IMG/VR virus record: IMGVR_UViG_3300020274_000001
Coordinates: 32,001 to 96,000 of that record
Source of the DNA: a virus
DNA: 64,000 bases
Direction: 5' to 3' (one strand)
Part shown: positions 58,785 through 64,000 of the stretch, piece by piece
Layout of the letters: each line of letters opens with the position of its first letter
How positions within the stretch are numbered: the stretch's first letter is position 1
Translations under genes and position numbers: made by a program
Notes under the pieces: generated by a model
The model's input: only the letters and a program-made list of their open reading frames with translations
Databases searched by the model: none
Told to the model about the DNA's origin: nothing

Positions 58785-59168
58785 ATGTCAGACGACATAC
58801 AATACGTCATGGCCAGAATTAAGGCCATGGAAGATGTGAGAAAGAATCTCGCATCTGCGATAAAGAAAGACAAAGAATATGTCAGAGAAACAATGGGTGA
58901 AAGGGAAGTCTTGGAGACCCCAGCCTTCACTGCAAAGATTGTTACTCGGACTTCAACACGATTGTTGGGGATAGAACATATTCGTAACCTATTAGGGTCG
59001 ACAACCGTGGATAAAATCACGAAGACGTCGGAATCTAAGTCGCTGTCAATCAAAGAAACGTTGGCTAATTTTGAACCGTTCGAAGTCGAAGACCTCGAAT
59101 TAGTTCCAGATTGGGCCAAGTCTGCCGCTATTACGCTACAAGTGAGGGAATTACTTGGCGAGAATTAG
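58785..59168 (+). CDS. Hypothetical protein, paralog of 57435
   Basis: ACAG-ATG. Confidence 0.6.
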   Translation: MSDDIQYVMARIKAMEDVRKNLASAIKKDKEYVRETMGEREVLETPAFTAKIVTRTSTRLLGIEHIRNLLGSTTVDKITKTSESKSLSIKETLANFEPFEVEDLELVPDWAKSAAITLQVRELLGEN

Positions 59169-59427
59169 GCGAGCATCGGACAGATATCATACTCAAATCG
59201 AAACGATATTGAGAGAAAAAGGTCCGCTTGTTGCTTATGACATCCGTCAAGCAATGGTTGGGCGTTGGAAAAACGTCCCTACTCCGAATCAACTCGGAAA
59301 CCTATTAGCGAAAAACAAGAACATTAAATCATTAGGACCGGGACACAAAAAATCGTTCTCGGCTCTACTCGATGGTTCTGGCACAGGAGGTGTAAACCTC
59401 TGGGCTTTGGTTGAACAAGGGGATTGA
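59155..59427 (+). CDS. DUF3860-like winged-helix protein
   Basis: GPL..YDI...VPTPNQLGNLLAK..NI...G...LWAL. Confidence 0.65.
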   Translation: MARIRRASDRYHTQIETILREKGPLVAYDIRQAMVGRWKNVPTPNQLGNLLAKNKNIKSLGPGHKKSFSALLDGSGTGGVNLWALVEQGD

Positions 59428-59434
59428 CCCCATA

Positions 59435-59570
59435 GAGCAAAACAGGCACGGTGAAATACATAGGACACGTATGCTCATAGAACCAAAACACTTTGTCGGT
59501 ATTGCATACTTGTAGTGTGGTTCACAGAATCGAATCAAGTATACAGTATTGTAGAACAAAAGAATGATTT
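59435..59570 (+). ncRNA. TIGR-like guide array, 3 units
   Basis: GGCACGGT/TAGGACAC; CTTTGTCG/TACTTGTA; AGTATACA/GAACAAAA. Confidence 0.85.
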
Positions 59571-59573
59571 ATT

Positions 59574-59618
59574 GAGAGAGAAGTAGACAGAAATGTCCAC
59601 TTCTCTCTCTTTTTTTTT
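59574..59618 (+). terminator. Hairpin plus T-run terminator ending the + strand region
   Basis: GAGAGAGAAGT.GACA-GAAA-TGTC.ACTTCTCTCTC-T9. Confidence 0.8.
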
Positions 59619-59634
59619 GGCTCAAAAAATCACA

Positions 59635-60957
59635 TTAAGCGGCGGCGACTTCTTCGGAGGTCGTCGTCGCTTTTTCTTTTTCGACCTTTACATCCATGCA
59701 TAGAATCGAGTATGCTTCGTAGCGAGGGACAGTGTAAGTCCCCGGTGCTACGACTCTATCAAGAACGTGCACATTGCACTCGTTCTTGACTTCGATTTCT
59801 ACCATGTCTCTACCAACAGAGTCTCTAATGTGCTCAAACATGAGGTCCAAGTCATCAAGCATGTCATAGGTGATTTCGATACAAGGCATACCAGAAGTAG
59901 TGTGCAAGGAACCAATCAATCTCAATTGACGATTCAATTCTTTGGTAATGGCGTCAGCCTCCACTCCTTTTGTCAGTTGTGCTCTTTGAATGACCATTCG
60001 GATAAGGTGCTTCAAGCCGGTTGACTTGAGACCAGCCGCATTGGCGTGGCGAGTCAAAGCCCAATCCTTTGTCAGTTGCTCAAGCACATACTGATTAGTT
60101 AGGAAGTCGTGTATTTGCTGGTATACTCCATCTGTAATCTTGACAGTCTCTTTCGATGTGAAAGAAGGTCGCTTGAACGTAGAGTCTTTGATGCTACCTT
60201 GGTGTATTGGAGTCCAAGACTTCAATCGTTCCATCTTCATCTCATCTGTTGGCAAAGAGTAGTATTCGTTTACCATCTCAATGAAAGTCTGCGTGAACAG
60301 TCCTCCCCATCCGGGGACATTGTTCGGATACAGACGATATTGAAATTGTCCTTTCTTGTTAGCCCATACTCCTTGGTGATTGGATACATGAAGGAACCCA
60401 CTCAAGTGGACCTCGTGTCCTCGCACATAATTCTCGATGTTTGCTCGCTCGGCTGTTCCCATAGACAGTAGAGATTCGTCAGTGACAACCATGTGATATC
60501 CACGGTGTCCAGAAAATCGTATAGAGATGTATTGTGGGTCAATAGCGAGGTCTTTCGTCAAGAAAAAGTAGAGTCTCTTCGCGTTTTCCTTTGCATGTTC
60601 AAGACCATGACGGTAAGAACGAATGTTAGGCAAGTGGTCGTAATCGATATCAAAACCAATGTCAATACCAGCATGACCTTTGTCATTCATTCCCCAACGA
60701 ACATGCTCATCGGGGCTCATGTTCTTGGTAGCGTATGGTTCTCTTCGCTCTGGGTCAAAGTATCGGGCCAGACTGTGGGTAATAGAGACGGGGGCCGTTT
60801 CTATGGCATACTCTCGAAGTGCGTCGACAGACGGGAACGCTTTATGGCGAGACTGGTGGCTGAACATGAATTCTCTGCGCTCGACCGCCTTCACATCGAG
60901 GTCTGTCGTTTCATAGAACGACTTGATTGCCTCTTCAAAGGTGCCAATGGAGAACAT
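59635..60957 (-). CDS. priS: DNA primase small subunit (archaeal PriS)
   Basis: RREF.F, DIGFDID, FSGHRGYH, R.LRL.GSLH. Confidence 0.88.
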   Translation of the reverse strand: MFSIGTFEEAIKSFYETTDLDVKAVERREFMFSHQSRHKAFPSVDALREYAIETAPVSITHSLARYFDPERREPYATKNMSPDEHVRWGMNDKGHAGIDIGFDIDYDHLPNIRSYRHGLEHAKENAKRLYFFLTKDLAIDPQYISIRFSGHRGYHMVVTDESLLSMGTAERANIENYVRGHEVHLSGFLHVSNHQGVWANKKGQFQYRLYPNNVPGWGGLFTQTFIEMVNEYYSLPTDEMKMERLKSWTPIHQGSIKDSTFKRPSFTSKETVKITDGVYQQIHDFLTNQYVLEQLTKDWALTRHANAAGLKSTGLKHLIRMVIQRAQLTKGVEADAITKELNRQLRLIGSLHTTSGMPCIEITYDMLDDLDLMFEHIRDSVGRDMVEIEVKNECNVHVLDRVVAPGTYTVPRYEAYSILCMDVKVEKEKATTTSEEVAAA

Positions 60958-60961
60958 GTGT

Positions 60962-61729
60962 TCACTCTCCTAACAAGTTTTCCAATGCCTTGATTGCTTC
61001 TGTGGCATCGTGTTCGGAAAGGTCACCTTTGCCGACAATCTTGACACTACCACTTCCAACCAATGATTGTAGTGTAATGTTGCCTTCGTCGACTGCTACG
61101 TTAATTGCGTCGAGCAATTGTTGGGCGGTATATCCTTGTGGGAAGATATCCTTAGCAAGACCGTTGATTTGGTCCCACTGTTCCTGTGTTGCTTTGTTCA
61201 AAACAGACTGCGCCATCGTTCCTGTCGATTGAGAAGGGATAGATATGTCATTAGATGGGTTGTCTCTCGGGTCTACTCCGAGGTCGCCCTCTATGTTATT
61301 TCCACTCGCTACAAACATCGGCTGTAATTCTTTGTAGGTATTGCCTGTAAATTTGGACTCTCTCTCACGAATTCGGAATTTGAATTCGATTGGGTAGTGG
61401 TGTCCGTCTTCTTTGGCTTTCTCAAGCATGGCGGATAGGCGGTCTCGGAAGATACTGTTTCTTCCATTTGATGAAGTAGAAGCAAACCACCAATCCATGC
61501 GGTTTCCATCTCTTAGGTTTACGATGTTTACTGCCACAGAAGGGGCCCATGTAGGGTTCTTCGATGGTATCTCCCACGAGGGTTCTCGTAGGATTGCTAT
61601 TCGGTCGTATACTTTTCCAACCTCTGGTTTGAATTTGTCATTGTTACCACCACGGGCAGGGACAACGACACTCGCTCCAAAGGCATTCCATTCTTCGTCA
61701 AATTCGGCGTTTTTCTTTTCTTGGGACAT
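60962..61729 (-). CDS. Hypothetical replication-associated protein (possible SSB)
   Basis: Lies between MCM and PriS; GGAGG SD before ATG. Confidence 0.6.
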   Translation of the reverse strand: MSQEKKNAEFDEEWNAFGASVVVPARGGNNDKFKPEVGKVYDRIAILREPSWEIPSKNPTWAPSVAVNIVNLRDGNRMDWWFASTSSNGRNSIFRDRLSAMLEKAKEDGHHYPIEFKFRIRERESKFTGNTYKELQPMFVASGNNIEGDLGVDPRDNPSNDISIPSQSTGTMAQSVLNKATQEQWDQINGLAKDIFPQGYTAQQLLDAINVAVDEGNITLQSLVGSGSVKIVGKGDLSEHDATEAIKALENLLGE

Positions 61730-61788
61730 GATTATTTCCTCCAAAAGTAGGGGACGTGTCCCCACCTATAAATGATTCTACGGATTAT

Positions 61789-63987
61789 TCATAGACCCTT
61801 TACTCCGAGCATCTGACCTTTGCGTTCGATTTTATTTTGCTTAGACAATGCTGTCAAGAAAGTATCGAAATCTCTCTCTATTGGACATGGATAATCAGCA
61901 GAATCAAGTTCCCAGAATTTCTTCACGTATGCATAAGCATCCTTCTTGTTGCCATAATCCTTCATACCTAATTCAATTCCAGCCCAGACTTCAAGGAGGC
62001 GCATAATTTCATCCATGACCTTAGACTGCTCTTGACCAAGACCGGTGCCCCCTTCATTAACCATGTTAGGTTCTTTGGTAGTCAACGATTCTATGAGAAT
62101 TGAATGTGCGTAGTCAATGTGCTCTTTGTTGACAGATGAAGAAAGGTCAAGACGGGCCACTGCGCAAGACAAGCGTTGCAACGCCGCTCCCCATCGGAAG
62201 TTAACAGTAGCACCGTTCACTCGATTCTGTCGAGTTTTTACGAAGATATCTGTCAAGTGCTTAGTAGCCTCGTCGTCAAATAAGACCGGTGCCGCTTGAA
62301 CATCCCTACATAGTTGCAGGTATTTGCGGTAGCCGTCTTGAACAGGGAATAATTCGTTAGGGTCAACCTCGGAATGATTCATACCAGCAGTCATACCCTC
62401 CATGATAGAAGCATCTCTTTCATCATTAACAACATCGAGGAATACGAAAATCAAGTCGAACCGAGAAACGAATGACACAGGTAGTCTTGCTTGCTCTATC
62501 AGAGGGATACCAGAATACAAGTCGAAACGACTGTTGTCTCCACCTTTTGGATTTGCACAACCGAGAATAGGTGTATTGGTCTGTATGGTTCCTTTCATTT
62601 GCATCTGCACGGAAACTTGCCCTGTCTCCATAGCATCATTGAGAGCAGTAAACACATTCTGGTCTCCTAAAGCGTGCATCTCATCGATACCTGCTATTGC
62701 ACCCGGAGGAATCAAAGCGAGCATTCCCGGAGAAAGAGATGTTCGACTTGCACCTAACAACCTCTGATTCTCGGACTTACCACCTATCAATCCGGGGATA
62801 GAAGACCTCGCACCGGTTGCCATGTTGCTACCGGGGTGCATGTTACCATTTCGACAAGCGAAATTCAGTAATTGTGACTTAGCGGTTCCGGGGTCTCCGA
62901 TTAAGAGAACGTGAACAAAGGGCCGCTTGCCGTCTGGAAGACCAGAATAAGAACCGACTGCTTGTAAGAGAAGAGCCTGCTTTTCTCGAGTATGTCCTAT
63001 GACATGCGGGGCTGTTACCCTTGTAAGAATCTCCATAATCTCATCAAGAGAGTGCTCTTCTTTCCAAGCCGCAAGAGCATGACGCTCTGTATCGTTAACC
63101 TCTATGACGGAATCCTGTGATGTCCGAGTAAGGTCGGTCGCATGAAGAACGCACATGCGCTCATTCTTGCCACCTGTTTTGTCAACATGCGTTCCAAAGA
63201 TACCGGTGATGACGACATCCTCTCCTTGATTCATAGCATGGACATGTGTCCCACGGACTTCGACAAGTAGAGTAGGTGGAGTGGTCATTTGGGTATTGGT
63301 TTGTCGTAGCATTAGTCGTTGGAAAGTAATGAACGATGAATTCGGTGCACCGTCTTGAACCCATGCGGTTCTGGGGTTACCCTGCATACCTGCACCGCAA
63401 TGTGGACAGTTATCGGGTTTGATTTCTGAATCTTCGAAAAAGTCGGGGAAGGTATTGACGATTCCTCCGCAATTGTCGACTTTACATTTCCATGCTATCT
63501 TGATTGCTCGCTTTCGTGCATCTCCCATTTCGAGAACCTGTCCTATGATTTTGACAAGACGACCGTCTTGTTGAGTAGAACAAATCAAGTCGTTGATTGA
63601 CATTTCATCATCGATTCCGGACATTCGGATTTCTGGTGGAGCAAAGGAATCGGTGCCGAGAGCAAGGCGTAGTGCCATGTCAGCGTTGATAATTGAACCG
63701 AAAGTCTGCCATACTGTGGCTTTCAATTGCTCAATAACTTCATTGGGGAAGTTGGTGATACAGATTCCTAATTCCATGTATGCATTTCTGAAGTCGGAGT
63801 AGTCGGCAAAGGTAACAACATCAGAAGATGCCAAACCTGCTTGCCCTACTTGAATCGTTAATGGAGAGGGTATGTTAGCCGATTCGCTCGAATTTGGAAG
63901 AGGTAGGTGTAGTGCTCTCTGTAAGACACCCCTGTCCATGCAAATTGCTTCGGTTCCTATTTCTGAAAAGTATGAATCGAATGACAT
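61789..63987 (-). CDS. mcm: MCM replicative helicase
   Basis: Zn ribbon, HVLLIGDPGTAKSQLL, IDEMH, ANPK, SRFDLIF. Confidence 0.93.
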   Translation of the reverse strand: MSFDSYFSEIGTEAICMDRGVLQRALHLPLPNSSESANIPSPLTIQVGQAGLASSDVVTFADYSDFRNAYMELGICITNFPNEVIEQLKATVWQTFGSIINADMALRLALGTDSFAPPEIRMSGIDDEMSINDLICSTQQDGRLVKIIGQVLEMGDARKRAIKIAWKCKVDNCGGIVNTFPDFFEDSEIKPDNCPHCGAGMQGNPRTAWVQDGAPNSSFITFQRLMLRQTNTQMTTPPTLLVEVRGTHVHAMNQGEDVVITGIFGTHVDKTGGKNERMCVLHATDLTRTSQDSVIEVNDTERHALAAWKEEHSLDEIMEILTRVTAPHVIGHTREKQALLLQAVGSYSGLPDGKRPFVHVLLIGDPGTAKSQLLNFACRNGNMHPGSNMATGARSSIPGLIGGKSENQRLLGASRTSLSPGMLALIPPGAIAGIDEMHALGDQNVFTALNDAMETGQVSVQMQMKGTIQTNTPILGCANPKGGDNSRFDLYSGIPLIEQARLPVSFVSRFDLIFVFLDVVNDERDASIMEGMTAGMNHSEVDPNELFPVQDGYRKYLQLCRDVQAAPVLFDDEATKHLTDIFVKTRQNRVNGATVNFRWGAALQRLSCAVARLDLSSSVNKEHIDYAHSILIESLTTKEPNMVNEGGTGLGQEQSKVMDEIMRLLEVWAGIELGMKDYGNKKDAYAYVKKFWELDSADYPCPIERDFDTFLTALSKQNKIERKGQMLGVKGL

Positions 63988-64000
63988 GCAAGAAATTGCT

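Noticed and set aside
14995-59434. YAG|ATG as spliceosomal 3' splice sites
   Set aside because: Prokaryote-type gene packing, no GT donors or polypyrimidine tracts, and the motif depends on a preceding hairpin.
14995-59434. Classical integron attC sites
   Set aside because: No RYYYAAC/GTTRRRY boxes and no tyrosine integrase in the window; only a general cassette hypothesis is kept.
21471-59570. CRISPR array interpretation of the repeated units
   Set aside because: No 25-40 bp constant repeats with 30-40 bp spacers; variable parts are paired 8-mers; no cas genes in the window.
21471-59570. H/ACA guide RNAs (hairpin + ACA/ATA)
   Set aside because: Units lack an upper stem and pseudouridylation pocket, and the same AYA follows tiny gene-end hairpins.

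Overview
This window looks like part of a large archaeal virus or extrachromosomal element. The likely host is Thermoplasmatota/Poseidoniales, inferred from DUF3860-like genes and archaeal-type PolB, MCM, PriS and Rpo5. The ends carry core genes: a serine recombinase, PolB, a fused Rpo1 (A'+A'') RNA polymerase subunit, Rpo5, RNase HI, PriS and MCM. Between them lies a ~45-kb (14.4-59.6 kb), almost entirely + strand accessory region with two main signals. (1) About 45 TIGR-like dual-spacer guide units (stem-RAAHCA-N8-GWAWTRCA-N8-GWAT-stem) sit at 28 intergenic loci, and a nuclease-less Nop-domain TasA-like gene (20046-21083) lies just upstream of the first array. (2) A 'G..C hairpin + NYA + G' signal separates most genes, guides and other structured RNAs and usually puts G directly before the ATG, which suggests a shared RNA-processing or cassette-shuffling system. 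There are also several large structured non-coding regions, a 3-copy promoter-like repeat and a periodic AACATATTCTAA motif. All calls are from visual motif recognition; no searches were run.
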